From contig JAKAPM010000002.1 of assembly GCA_021807085.1 (NCBI GenBank), positions 9,125-73,124 of the forward strand: a DNA stretch of 64,000 nucleotides, written 5' to 3'. The DNA comes from Nanobdellota archaeon (GTDB taxonomy: Archaea > Nanobdellota > Nanobdellia > Parvarchaeales > Parvarchaeaceae). This document shows, one piece after another, positions 38,182 through 48,800 of the stretch (position 1 is its first letter; each line of letters opens with the position of its first letter). Below the pieces are notes generated by a model, which saw only the letters and a list, made by a program, of their open reading frames with translations, did not search any database and was not told the DNA's origin. The position numbers were made by a program, and so were the translations under genes.

Positions 38182-39216
38182 CTAGCTCGAAGCGGTTTCA
38201 AGTATTTTCTCCAGCGGTTCGTCGCTTCTGAATCCCTTGCTGTCCAGTACCGTCCTGTTCCCGAAGACTTCTATGGGTTTCTCTTCTGTCTTCGTATAGG
38301 ACGCCAGTTCAGAGGTGGTGTAGAACGAGACTGTGTCCTTCTCGTCCCTGAGCACGCCAAGGTATCCTTTCAGTTTTTCGCCGGCGGACTCATACATCTT
38401 GTCCACAAGCTTCCTGTCAAATGTGCTCCCCAGCCACAGCGGGCCGAGCGCCATCATAGCGGAACCGCAGTGTGCGCATTTACCGCTGTCTTCCAGGGAC
38501 CTGTACGGACACTCGGGGCACTGGTACACGAATCCGATCTTCCCGGACGTGCCGGCACGCATCAGCCTAAGGTAGACTCTGGCGTAATGTTTCCTGACGT
38601 CGAACAGCACGGGTTCCACCGACCTGAAGAACAGGTTGGCTATCTCCTCCGCCCTCTTTATCATTATCCTCAGGCCCAGTTCCCTGAAATACGGCGTCTT
38701 GTAGGAGACGGCCCCGTACTTCAGCGCGCAGGCCCTTTTGGCCTTGCCGTAGAGCGCCGCCGTGTCTGTCGCGGTTATAGCGAGTATACCCCCTGTGTTC
38801 AGGGAGGGAACAGCTTCCACCATATACCTGACCGGCGAGCCGAAAGGGTCTATGTCGATGTAGTCGTATTTCCTGCCCTGCGAACCGATGTCGACTGCGT
38901 TGAAACTCGTGCAGGAAACTTCGCAGCAAAGGGCCTTTTTGTTCGACTTTATGTTCTTGGCTACCGCCCTGTACGTCTTTATGTCGTTTATCGTGAAATC
39001 TGAGAACGCCTTCGTCTCGACGCAGAGCCGCAGTCCGCGCACGCCGCTGGCGCCGAAGACATCCACGCCGGACAGGTCTTTTCTCCCGAGGGAATCAACG
39101 AACAGTACGTTCAGGTCCCTGTCGAACTCCCTAGACGGGTTGAAGAATACGCCGGCATCCCTTGTCTGCCGGTTCTCCGCGGCGAAGGACACTTTCCCCT
39201 CGCGGAAGATTTCCAT
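38182..39216 (-). CDS. trm1: tRNA (guanine-26-N2) dimethyltransferase
   Basis: VFFNP, SGVRGLR, DIDPFGSP, TATD and GPLWLG motifs. Confidence 0.93.
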   Translation of the reverse strand: MEIFREGKVSFAAENRQTRDAGVFFNPSREFDRDLNVLFVDSLGRKDLSGVDVFGASGVRGLRLCVETKAFSDFTINDIKTYRAVAKNIKSNKKALCCEVSCTSFNAVDIGSQGRKYDYIDIDPFGSPVRYMVEAVPSLNTGGILAITATDTAALYGKAKRACALKYGAVSYKTPYFRELGLRIMIKRAEEIANLFFRSVEPVLFDVRKHYARVYLRLMRAGTSGKIGFVYQCPECPYRSLEDSGKCAHCGSAMMALGPLWLGSTFDRKLVDKMYESAGEKLKGYLGVLRDEKDTVSFYTTSELASYTKTEEKPIEVFGNRTVLDSKGFRSDEPLEKILETASS

Positions 39217-39230
39217 AGAGACGCGCGTCC

Positions 39231-40154
39231 CTAATCCTCGATCTTGTATCTCTCCTTGAGATTAAGCGAGTTGTAAAGTTCCTTGTACCTGTTCCTTATC
39301 GTGACTTCGGTTATGCCCGCCGCCCTAGCCGCGTCTCTCTGCGTCTTCTTCTCCTTGTTTATGAGGGTCGCCACGTAGAGTACAGCGGCTGCTATGCCCA
39401 TTGGGCCCTTTCCGCTTGTCAGCCCCTTCTCTTCGGCTTCTTTGAGGAGTTTGACTGCGTCCGACACCGTCTTGTTTGACACGCCGAGCTCTGAAGCGAA
39501 TTTGTAGATGTAATCGTTCGGTGAGGTGGGGAGTATCTTTATCCCGAGTTCCCTGCACAGGAGCCTGTAGGCCTTGCCGACCTCTTTCCTCTCAACGTTG
39601 AATGTCTCGGATATCTCGTCCAGGCTTATGGGTCTGCTGTGTTTCCTGGCTGCCGCGTACAGCGCACCTGCTATCACGCTCTCCATGGACCTGCCGCGCA
39701 CCAGCCTTCTGGTTATGGCTTCCCTATACATTTTCGCGGCCTCCTCTTGTATTATGCTGGAGACGTGCAGACGGTTGCTGGCGTGCCTCAGTTCTGTGAG
39801 CGCGAACTTCAGGTTCCTCTCGAACGCGGTGGATATCCTCGGCTGCCATTTCCTGAGCTTGTAGAACGTCCTCCTGTTGGTGTTGGACAGCTTTATCGAC
39901 TCGCTAGCCTTGCCTATCACCGTGCTCGTGCCCTTGTCGTATTTTGCGTAGCTAAGGGGAGAACCCATCCTTCCCTTGCCTTCTTCCCTCTCGTCCTCGA
40001 ATGAACGCCATTCTCTGCCGTAGTCTATCGTATCGCTCTCTAAGACGTAGCCGCATTTCTGACAGACCAACTCCCCGGTCGCCTTGTCGTATATGACAGA
40101 ATCGCTCCCGCAGGACGGGCATTTGGTGACGTATTTATTGGATATTACTTTCAC
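39231..40154 (-). CDS. tfb: Transcription initiation factor IIB
   Basis: CPSC..CQKC Zn ribbon, EWRSF, RGRS, TEVTIRNRYKE; GTG 40154 preferred because TATA lies at about 40186-40193. Confidence 0.95.
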   Translation of the reverse strand: MKVISNKYVTKCPSCGSDSVIYDKATGELVCQKCGYVLESDTIDYGREWRSFEDEREEGKGRMGSPLSYAKYDKGTSTVIGKASESIKLSNTNRRTFYKLRKWQPRISTAFERNLKFALTELRHASNRLHVSSIIQEEAAKMYREAITRRLVRGRSMESVIAGALYAAARKHSRPISLDEISETFNVERKEVGKAYRLLCRELGIKILPTSPNDYIYKFASELGVSNKTVSDAVKLLKEAEEKGLTSGKGPMGIAAAVLYVATLINKEKKTQRDAARAAGITEVTIRNRYKELYNSLNLKERYKIED

Positions 40155-40233
40155 AATAACCTTTATATACTTAAGATACAAGCAGTATTTAAAGCTTTGC
40201 TTTTTGCAAAGTTTTGCAAAATATTAACCATTT

Positions 40234-41253
40234 TCAAGGGAGGAATTCTGGCCCTAGTTCCTCAAGAACGTCCCTGTGCTTCTCGAAGTACTCCCTGGCT
40301 GGCGCGAGCCTGGCGACAAGATATTCCGCCAGGGCTTTCTTCAGGTCCGCCGGGTGAAGTTTCTTGTCCGTAAACGCCTTCTCCATGTCAGCGTACGATT
40401 CAAACACTGCGTCGCCGCCGAACTTCTGCGGCCTGGAGACCTCGAACTTGCCGTCCATCGGGAAGACTAGGAACTTGACCATCTGGAGCACCAGGTTGTC
40501 CTTCACCACACCCTCCGGGCAATACGCGCTGTTTATTTTTTTCCTCAGGTTCTCCTCCGAATCGTACACCTTTATGTGGCTGCTCGGTACCGACGAGCTC
40601 ATCTTGGTCCCTGGCCCCAGCAGCGAAGCGACGAGCGGAGTCATGACCTCGACTCTCTTCCTGTAGCCGAGCTGCGGCAGATAATCCCTGTCGAACACGA
40701 ATATGTGCCTCTGGTCGTTTCCGCCCAGCTGTATGTCCACGTCGAGGTACTGTTCGTCGAGCGCCTGCATGATCGGGTATATGAGTTCGCTGACCTTTGG
40801 GTTCTTCATCCTGGTGACTTCCGAAGCCGCCCTAGTGGCCCTCTCAACGGTGGTTATCGTAGACATCTTCAGCATATCGAGAAGGTAATCCCTGTTCAGC
40901 TGGTAGTCCGACCCCTTGACAAAAACAGGCTTTCTATCCCCCCAATCAAACGCGAGTTCTATACATTTGCGGGTGTACTCGACCCTCTTGTCCAGTTCCT
41001 CCCATTTCGCCTTCAAGTCATCCAGTGCTGCGTGCACGTCTGCAAGGAGTATCTTCACCTCCACGCCGGCGTTCATGAAATCGAACAGTTTCCCTATGGC
41101 TATCAGATGACCCAAGTGAAGCGGCCCGGTGGTGGCCCTCCCTATGTAGACGGAGGGGCTCTTCTTCTCGTTCAGGAGCGTCCTGAGGTCCTCCTCAGTT
41201 ATTATTTCTAGGGTGTTCCTCTTTATCAGCTCGAACCTCTCCTCTACGTTCAT
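40234..41253 (-). CDS. tyrS: Tyrosyl-tRNA synthetase
   Basis: HLGH, YPIMQALD, GGNDQ and KMSSS motifs. Confidence 0.95.
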   Translation of the reverse strand: MNVEERFELIKRNTLEIITEEDLRTLLNEKKSPSVYIGRATTGPLHLGHLIAIGKLFDFMNAGVEVKILLADVHAALDDLKAKWEELDKRVEYTRKCIELAFDWGDRKPVFVKGSDYQLNRDYLLDMLKMSTITTVERATRAASEVTRMKNPKVSELIYPIMQALDEQYLDVDIQLGGNDQRHIFVFDRDYLPQLGYRKRVEVMTPLVASLLGPGTKMSSSVPSSHIKVYDSEENLRKKINSAYCPEGVVKDNLVLQMVKFLVFPMDGKFEVSRPQKFGGDAVFESYADMEKAFTDKKLHPADLKKALAEYLVARLAPAREYFEKHRDVLEELGPEFLP

Positions 41254-41299
41254 ACGAGAGTGAAACAGAACGAGATTATAAATCTATCAGAAGGAACGT

Positions 41300-41980
41300 T
41301 CAGTTGAAAAAACAGGCGGAGTAGAACACCTGGTAGGTGCGGGGAAACACCCTTATAATGTAAAGCGGCAGGTCGGTGCTAACAGGTACAGAACCTGAGT
41401 ATTGGCCGTTCGAAGAGGTCTCCGTCTGGCTCGCGATGTAGGCCCCAGACTCGGAATAGACGGTTATGTTGAACGTCACATCAGGGAGGAGGTCGCCGTT
41501 CTCGTCGAAAAACTCCAGCGAATAGTCTATGCTACCGGAAGAATAGGAGAAACTCGAATCCATGGAAGATAGGGGAAAATTCAGGCCCATCTCAGTTATC
41601 GTGCCGTTGAACGTGAGATAGGCGTGGTACAGGCCGGGTATGAACGGCATCAGCCCAGACATGTTGACGTTCGCCTGGTCTATGTACGACGACGCTCTGC
41701 TGCCTAATTCGACGATGTCGCCGCAGAAAAAGGAGGACTGCACTGAGAGCAGCGGGAAGGTGACGGCTATCACCGTCTTGGAGTCGGCCCCCTGGGCCGA
41801 CACGTAGTTCGCCGCTTGCACTATCTGGGCGGCTGCGGTGGATATCTGGTTGGAGGAGGACGAACTTGAGTAAGAAGTGTAGAAAAAGAGCGCGTACACC
41901 AGCGCGGCGGCTATCACTGCCATGGCTATCCCGAGGATTATCACGTATTCGGTCGTGTATTGGGCTCTGCGGCGGTCCAT
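41300..41980 (-). CDS. Class III signal peptide (pilin-like) protein
   Basis: MDRRRA/QYTTEYVIILGIAMAVI; ATG 41980. Confidence 0.82.
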   Translation of the reverse strand: MDRRRAQYTTEYVIILGIAMAVIAAALVYALFFYTSYSSSSSSNQISTAAAQIVQAANYVSAQGADSKTVIAVTFPLLSVQSSFFCGDIVELGSRASSYIDQANVNMSGLMPFIPGLYHAYLTFNGTITEMGLNFPLSSMDSSFSYSSGSIDYSLEFFDENGDLLPDVTFNITVYSESGAYIASQTETSSNGQYSGSVPVSTDLPLYIIRVFPRTYQVFYSACFFN

Positions 41981-42032
41981 AAATGATAGACGACCTTCAC
42001 GTATATATAAAATACGGGGAGAGATAGATATT

Positions 42033-43172
42033 ATGGCCATCAAACCCAAGATAGCCCTGCTGGTCCCTTGGATAAAAAGCAAGGGCGGAGTGGAGAGGGA
42101 CATACTGATATTCCTCAAGGACAAAAGATACGACATCGATGTGTTCACCTTCTTCTACGACAAGAAGAAGACGTTCGAGGAATTCGGTGATTTCGACATA
42201 AAGGTCATCGGGAAGGCGAAGGGTGGGGCTTTTCTGTCGAGGGGCGTCAGCCTGTTCAGGGCCCTGCTGTCGTCGAAGATACCGTCGCTGGACAGCTACG
42301 ACGCCTTCGTGATATCAACGGCGGGCATAGCGGAGTTCGCGGTCTTCAGGAACAGGCACAGGCTCACAGTCGCAGTGACCCACACGCCGCTGAGGGCTGC
42401 GCACAACATGTACGAATACTATTCTAAGTCCAGCGCAAAGAACAGGCTGATACTCCCCTTCGCGGCCCTTTTTTACAAGTTCCTGGAGAAGCGCGCGTGG
42501 AGGAGGATACGCTACGCGATAGTTTTCAGCGACGAAGTCAGGCGCAGGCTCATACAGTACAGGCTGATAGATTGGGACAGGATAATCAAGATAAGCCCGC
42601 CGGTGGACTACAGAAATATAAAGGTCAGCAGGAAGCACAGGAAGATAATATTTTACCCGAGCAGGTTCGTGCCGTACAAGAGGCAGCACCTGGCAGTGTA
42701 CGCCTTCAAGGCATCCAAACTTCCGCAGAACGGGTTCAAGCTCGTCCTCGGCGGCTTCCCCGAAGACAGGAAGTACTTCGAATCCATAAAAGCGATGTCC
42801 GGCGGGGACGTAATAGTCAGGGAGAACTTGTCCGAGAAGGAGCTGTCGAGGCTGTACAGGGACTGCTACGCCACCATGTTTCTCGCGGTGAATGAGGATA
42901 CCGGGCTGGTGCCCCTCGAATCCCTCGCGTACGGTAAGCCGGTGGTGGCTGTCAACGAGGGCGGCCCGAAAGAGTTCGTCAACGACGGCGTGAACGGCAT
43001 GCTGGCGGAGGCGGACACGAAGTCCATAGCCCGTGCACTCGACTCGCTGCTTGACAGGAGGCTTTATGCGAGTATGGTAAAGGGCGCGATAAAGTCTGAG
43101 AGGCACGATGAGAGCAGGATGTCCGGCGAATTCGACAGGGCGATGGACTCTATACTGGGAAAGAAAGGTTGA
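42033..43172 (+). CDS. GT4 glycosyltransferase
   Basis: GGVER, SRFVPYK and EDTGLVPLE (Ex7E) motifs. Confidence 0.9.
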   Translation: MAIKPKIALLVPWIKSKGGVERDILIFLKDKRYDIDVFTFFYDKKKTFEEFGDFDIKVIGKAKGGAFLSRGVSLFRALLSSKIPSLDSYDAFVISTAGIAEFAVFRNRHRLTVAVTHTPLRAAHNMYEYYSKSSAKNRLILPFAALFYKFLEKRAWRRIRYAIVFSDEVRRRLIQYRLIDWDRIIKISPPVDYRNIKVSRKHRKIIFYPSRFVPYKRQHLAVYAFKASKLPQNGFKLVLGGFPEDRKYFESIKAMSGGDVIVRENLSEKELSRLYRDCYATMFLAVNEDTGLVPLESLAYGKPVVAVNEGGPKEFVNDGVNGMLAEADTKSIARALDSLLDRRLYASMVKGAIKSERHDESRMSGEFDRAMDSILGKKG

Positions 43173-43178
43173 AAGCGC

Positions 43179-44900
43179 TCAGATGCGCTTTATTTTTCTT
43201 ATCTCCCCCATTGCAGAGGAGTAATCTTGCGTGAGTTTCGGCGATATTTCATCGAACTTAATTATGTCTGCTATCTCTATGTCTGTATACATGATGTTTC
43301 CGTCGTAGATGTTCCTCTCGTAGACTGCGCCGTCCACGCTGATTGCAACCTTCTGCCCGATGACGGCCCTGTCAAGCTTGCTCTTCTCTTCCTGTATATC
43401 CAGTATCGTGCCCACGCGCTTTCCGTCCTCCCTTATGAGGCGGTATCCCGGCCTTATCTCCCCCGCAAGAACCTCCACACCGAAAACGCACGGACTGGAC
43501 CTCCTGAACATGTTCCCTTTCAGAAACACGATTTTCCCGGGAAGCCGAAGGGAAGACAGCTCGCCCTCCAACTGCATCCTCTTCCTGTCGGATATGAATT
43601 CTCCGTATCTCTCGAAAAGATTGTATATCGAACTGCTGGAAATCAGTTTAACGCCGTCCTGCGAAGCCATGGATTCCGTAGCCTTCTGCACCGGAACGTT
43701 GAAGCAAAGCAGCACGCCGTCGTTCAGCCTGGCGACCCGTATGTCGCTCTTGGAAGGCTCGCCTATCTTGGTCCTGCCTATTGCTATCCCTCTCGATTTC
43801 CCGATTTTCCTTATCGCGTCTATGCTGCCGAGCGAATCCGCGCACACCACCACGCCTTTAGCTTCATCGCTGTTGTATCCCTCTTCCCCGGACTTGATCT
43901 CATTCATCAGCTTTTCTCTCTCCCCGTCGCTCCTGAAAACGGAAATTGAGGTGCCTATCAGCACGTCCGGCTCTTGGAGTATCATTCTGACTGGAGTAGC
44001 CGCCGAAGCCGACTTCACGTTCTCGTACCTGCCGAAATTCTCGCGGCTCTCGACGAGCGGCACCAGCCTCATTATGCCTTTTACCTTGTTCTCGCGCAGG
44101 CCGTCCATCGTCTGGGACACCACTCTGTCGCCGACCGAGACAGTCCCGGAATATACTATCGCGTCGTATATCTTCCCCATCCCTTTGACAGCCTTTTCCT
44201 CTATTACAGCCGCGCTGTCACCGCCCTGCGCTTCGAGCCCTATGTATCTCTGCGCCAGACCTATTATCATAACGAGAAGGTCCATCACACCCACATTGTT
44301 TACAGAGGAGAGGGGTATTATGGCTATCTCCTTGGTGAAATCCTTGACCCTATCGTACCTCTCGGCCTGGAATGAATAGTTGGACAAGTCGGACACCAGC
44401 TTGTAGAGCCTCTCGTCGAGGCTCTCCGCGTATGACTGCCCGGATTTTGACAGCAGATCGGAAAAAGACGCGTCCTTCACAGTGGGGAAGCCCCTTATAG
44501 TGTCTATTTTTGTGAGCGCAACCAAGAAAGGGGTCTTGTACGATTTTAGTATCTCTATGGATTCTATTGTCTGCTTCTGTATGCCTTCCATTATGTCGAC
44601 TGTGAGTATCGCGAGGTCCGCTATCGAAGCCCCTCTCTGGCGCAGCGTAACGAAAGCTTCGTGACCGGGAGAGTCAACGAATATTATGCTGGGTGTCTTG
44701 ACCTGGACGCTGAATTTCTTGAGCAGTCCGCCGGCTATCTCCTCTATCCTGTCAGTCGGCACCTCGGTGACGCCTATGTTCTGTGTCAGCCCGCCGGTCT
44801 CCTTGTAGGCAGAGAAAGTATCCCTCACCGAGTCCATTATGCTCGTCTTGCCGGCGTCTACGTGTCCCAGAAATGCACATATAGGAGATCTCACAGACAT
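43179..44900 (-). CDS. infB: Translation initiation factor aIF5B (IF-2)
   Basis: RSPI..LGHVDAGKT, GGLTQNIG, DSPGHEAF and TKID motifs. Confidence 0.96.
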   Translation of the reverse strand: MSVRSPICAFLGHVDAGKTSIMDSVRDTFSAYKETGGLTQNIGVTEVPTDRIEEIAGGLLKKFSVQVKTPSIIFVDSPGHEAFVTLRQRGASIADLAILTVDIMEGIQKQTIESIEILKSYKTPFLVALTKIDTIRGFPTVKDASFSDLLSKSGQSYAESLDERLYKLVSDLSNYSFQAERYDRVKDFTKEIAIIPLSSVNNVGVMDLLVMIIGLAQRYIGLEAQGGDSAAVIEEKAVKGMGKIYDAIVYSGTVSVGDRVVSQTMDGLRENKVKGIMRLVPLVESRENFGRYENVKSASAATPVRMILQEPDVLIGTSISVFRSDGEREKLMNEIKSGEEGYNSDEAKGVVVCADSLGSIDAIRKIGKSRGIAIGRTKIGEPSKSDIRVARLNDGVLLCFNVPVQKATESMASQDGVKLISSSSIYNLFERYGEFISDRKRMQLEGELSSLRLPGKIVFLKGNMFRRSSPCVFGVEVLAGEIRPGYRLIREDGKRVGTILDIQEEKSKLDRAVIGQKVAISVDGAVYERNIYDGNIMYTDIEIADIIKFDEISPKLTQDYSSAMGEIRKIKRI

Positions 44901-44969
44901 TCACCCCGAATCTATCCTATTGAATATATTATCCACACTAATAAAGCTAACTAATCCAGCGCCGGAACG

Positions 44970-45836
44970 CTACGGGCTGGAAGAGTTGCCAGGCAACGGA
45001 CTGCCGCTGGAATTTGTTGCCGCGTAATTCGGCGTAAGGTAAAACACCAGGTCCAGCGGGCCGTAATATGGCGAGTTTGGGGTCCCGATGACCAGCGTCA
45101 GCAGGACTGTGGAGCTCCCACCAACTGTCATGGGAGGGTTGGGAGTCTCGTTCAGAATAGAGAAACCGGTAGTGTTCACCGAGATATTCGTGAGTGTGAC
45201 CGACGACGGCGCGTTCTGTATGCCTTTCGGGATGGACATGTCGAATGACAGGGTTTCGCGGCTGCCTGGAGTGACGTTGAAAGAACTCGACGAGGGGGAT
45301 ATTGTGAAATAAACGTACTGGTTGTCGGAAAAATCGGTCATCATATTCAGGTAGTTTACGTAGACGTCATTGTTATTTTGGTGGGGCTGCGCCGATCCTC
45401 CCGCTGGTCTGGCCCCGTGCGTACTTGAAACGGAAAAATTGAAGTTGAGATAACCCAGGCGCCATGCCGAGAGAAAAGCCATAGTCGCAAGCACAACCAC
45501 CAGCGCGAGGATTATCTCCCTTCGTGGCGCTCTTACGGACGGCAGGCGGACTTCCGGTTTCCTGATGCGTATGTATATTTTCTGTCTCGGAATCCTGGCG
45601 GACATGGGCTTTATCGACAAAGATCTCCTTACCAGTCTTTCTTCCACCCCTTTTATTTTCCCTAGCTTTACATTCTCCCCTCTTACAGGCAATCTTCTCC
45701 TGATTCTCTTGCTGAAGCCTTCAAACAGTTCGGACTTCCTGCCGACAGGACTGAGGGTCCTTGCGACGTCTCTCTTGAACCTGTAAAGCTCCAGCCAGTC
45801 CTTGAGTTTGGTTATAGGGTTCATTCTCATATTCAA
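44970..45836 (-). CDS. Membrane protein with a highly basic N-terminus and extracellular beta-sandwich-like domain
   Basis: About 105 aa R/K-rich segment, TM helix, S/T/N-rich beta domain; 4-nt overlap with the upstream gene. Confidence 0.75.
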   Translation of the reverse strand: MNMRMNPITKLKDWLELYRFKRDVARTLSPVGRKSELFEGFSKRIRRRLPVRGENVKLGKIKGVEERLVRRSLSIKPMSARIPRQKIYIRIRKPEVRLPSVRAPRREIILALVVVLATMAFLSAWRLGYLNFNFSVSSTHGARPAGGSAQPHQNNNDVYVNYLNMMTDFSDNQYVYFTISPSSSSFNVTPGSRETLSFDMSIPKGIQNAPSSVTLTNISVNTTGFSILNETPNPPMTVGGSSTVLLTLVIGTPNSPYYGPLDLVFYLTPNYAATNSSGSPLPGNSSSP

Positions 45837-48800
45837 CCAGAAGAGTGCCCCGCCCCTATGACCACTGCCCTCCAGTTATTTGCCTGCGGTATCGTTATTG
45901 GCGTCAGAAACGCGTTGGAGGGGTCGGATATCGCAGCCGACGTGTTGAGGACCGATATTTGATTGGTGTTCCAGTTCGCGATATACGCGAATTTGCCGTC
46001 TGTGGTGAGGGCTATTCCCTGTGGGTTGTTGAGCCCTCCCCCTCCTACAGCGTCTATCTCCGACAGCGATGTAAGGTTCACAACGTCTACCTGGTTAGCG
46101 CACGAGTTCACGACGTACGCTATCGTACTGTTCGCATTTGAAGTCAGCCAGTTAAGGCAGCCGCCTAGTGGCAGTGTTTTGACTATGGAATTGGTCTGCG
46201 TGTCTATAAACAGCAGAGAACTGGACGGCAAGCACTGCGTGTCGACAAGCGCGTATTTTCCGTTCTGTGTCACCTTAACGAATTGGGGACAGCCCGGCGC
46301 GGTTATCGTATCTATCAACGCGTTGCTTGCTGTCGAGATGACGGAGACTGTGGAATTTGTGAGGAGCCCGCCGTTCTTGTTATAGTTCCCGCTGATTATG
46401 CTGGACGCCACGTAGAGGAGGGACTTATCGGGTGTTATAGCTATGGCGTGTGGTAATGTATTGTTGAGGTATATATCGGTCAGGGGCATAAAAGAGGGTG
46501 AACCGTCGTTGGATACGGACAGGTTTTGAACAGCTACCGACGGGAGCGACCAGGAATTTTGCACGGAGTACATAAGGTTCCCGTCCTGCACGAGGCCAAG
46601 GTCGCCACTACAAGGGACATTGCACGACGGCGGAATCGGTATGTGGTTGGAACCCGTCCACATATACGTCATGGAGGAACCGCTGCCGCTTATGTACAAT
46701 TTTGACAGATCAGGAGAAGTCGCCAGGCCCCATATCGCTATTCCCGGACCGTAAACGTATCTAATCAGCCTCAATTGCGGCGTAAAGATTGCAACACCGT
46801 TGTTGCCTATTGTAGTAAGCCAGCTGTTTCCGCATGTAAAGGTCTCGTACACCGTTCCGTTCGGGGAAACGGTTATCGGACCGGGGCAGCCGCCAGATAC
46901 GTACGAATATTGCAATACGCCCGCGGAGACATTCACCGCCTCTATTATAGCACCCGTGCTCAGATAAGCCAGCCTGTTGTCGTTGCTGAACGCCAAGAAA
47001 GCGTTTCCGCCCCAGCCAGTATTGACGGTGTACATTACCTTGTGTGATGTCAAATTTATCATAGACATTGCGGCGCCTTCGTTGTTGCAGTCACCGCTCA
47101 TCTCTGCAGCGTACTCGCCGTTTGGTGATATCGCAATCCTTCCTGAGCAGATGGTGAGGAGATTGCCCACCCTGGTCTCGACCTGCAGGTTCACGGGGTT
47201 GTATACGACGAGCGGGCTCTCTTCATGCCAGTGAAAAAGCGCGAAAAGACGGCTACCTCCGCTTGAAAACATGAGGGAGGACAAGTCGGTGCCCTGGTAA
47301 TACTGCTCGAGGGCTATTGTGTTGTTGGCCGTGTAAATCTTTGTAACGTCCGCATTGTTCTGGCACCACGCCCCTGTGTAAACATAATTACCATCGTGGG
47401 AGACTGTCACAGCCCTGATACACCCGCCGTGAGTCACGCTCCCTATCACAGTCGAATAGGTGTTAGTGACGGCATTTATGACGGAAACTTCATTGCTGCT
47501 GTAGCAGGCTATGTAAGCGTACTGCCCGTTTGGGGTGAACGCGATTCCTTCGGGATTGTTGCAGTTGATACTCCCTATGTCCATCACCAGGGAATTTGTC
47601 GCTGCGTCTATCACCGAGACTGTGTTGGAGCCGTAATTTGATGCGTAAACCTCTGAAGAGTTGGTGGGGGAGACAGCGAGGACATACGGGTTTGACTGCA
47701 CGCTTATAGTTGTCGTAGGGGTTCCCGACGGGTAAGAGAACACCGAAACGGTGTTCCCGTTCCAGTTTGTCACAAATATCTCGTTGTCCGTCACGGCCAC
47801 GTCCTGCGGGGAATTTAGCCCGTTCCCGCTTATCGTCTGCACTACCTGCAGGGTGGTGTTGTCTATCACCGAGACTGTGTTGGAATTCGAATTGACAACA
47901 TATATATAGCCGTCCGGCGCCACAGTAATGCCGAGAGGATTGTGGCCGACAAGTATGTTCTTCACAACTACGTAGGACGAGGAGTTCATGACTGACACGC
48001 TGCCCTGTGTGTTTCCCCAGTCAAATGAATTCGATATGTAGAGGAATTTTCCTGTGTTGCTCATAGCCATGAACTGCGGGTCGTAGCCTATGCCGCTCAC
48101 GTTACCGACGATAGAATTTGTAGAAGTGCTAATCACCGAGATATTGTTGTAATTGTCGTAGCCGGATGGGACGTATACGTCGTTCGTCTTGCTGTCGTAC
48201 GCTATATCGAAAGCGTTAGGGGCGCCTATGCTGGTTATGTTGCCCACGTTCGTCATGGTTGCTGGATTTACCACAGAGACCGCGTTCGAACCGGAGTCGG
48301 CTACGTATATGTCCCCGTTGCTCGCCGTGACCATCTCCTGCGGGCTCCCCAGAGTGCCTATATGTTTGAAATCTGAGAAAGTGCTAGGATTCGACAGGTT
48401 GACCACGTCCACCGCGTTCTGTCCGCAGCCTTCGAGAGAGACAAAGGCGTATTTCGAGTTTGGCGGTACGTCGATATAGAAGTCGCCGCATCCAGCCGTC
48501 CAGTACTTCTTTATCAGGCTGAAATTCTGCGTGCTAAACACCCCCAAGGTCGACCAGCCGTCAGGTTCGTAAGCTATGCTGCCGTTCGCTGAAAAAGCTA
48601 TCTGTGATACGCCCCACGTCGGATTGCCGATTGTAGTTATCAGTTTGTTGTCGGTAGTGTTTATCTCCGCGAGCGTGCCTGTCCAGCTGCTTACGTACGC
48701 GATGTCGTTTGTCGCCTGAAAAGGCCCTCCGCTGATGAACGGCGCTATCTTGGCGCCGATGCTACCGGATGACATGTAATTGGTGCTGAAAACGTTGCTC

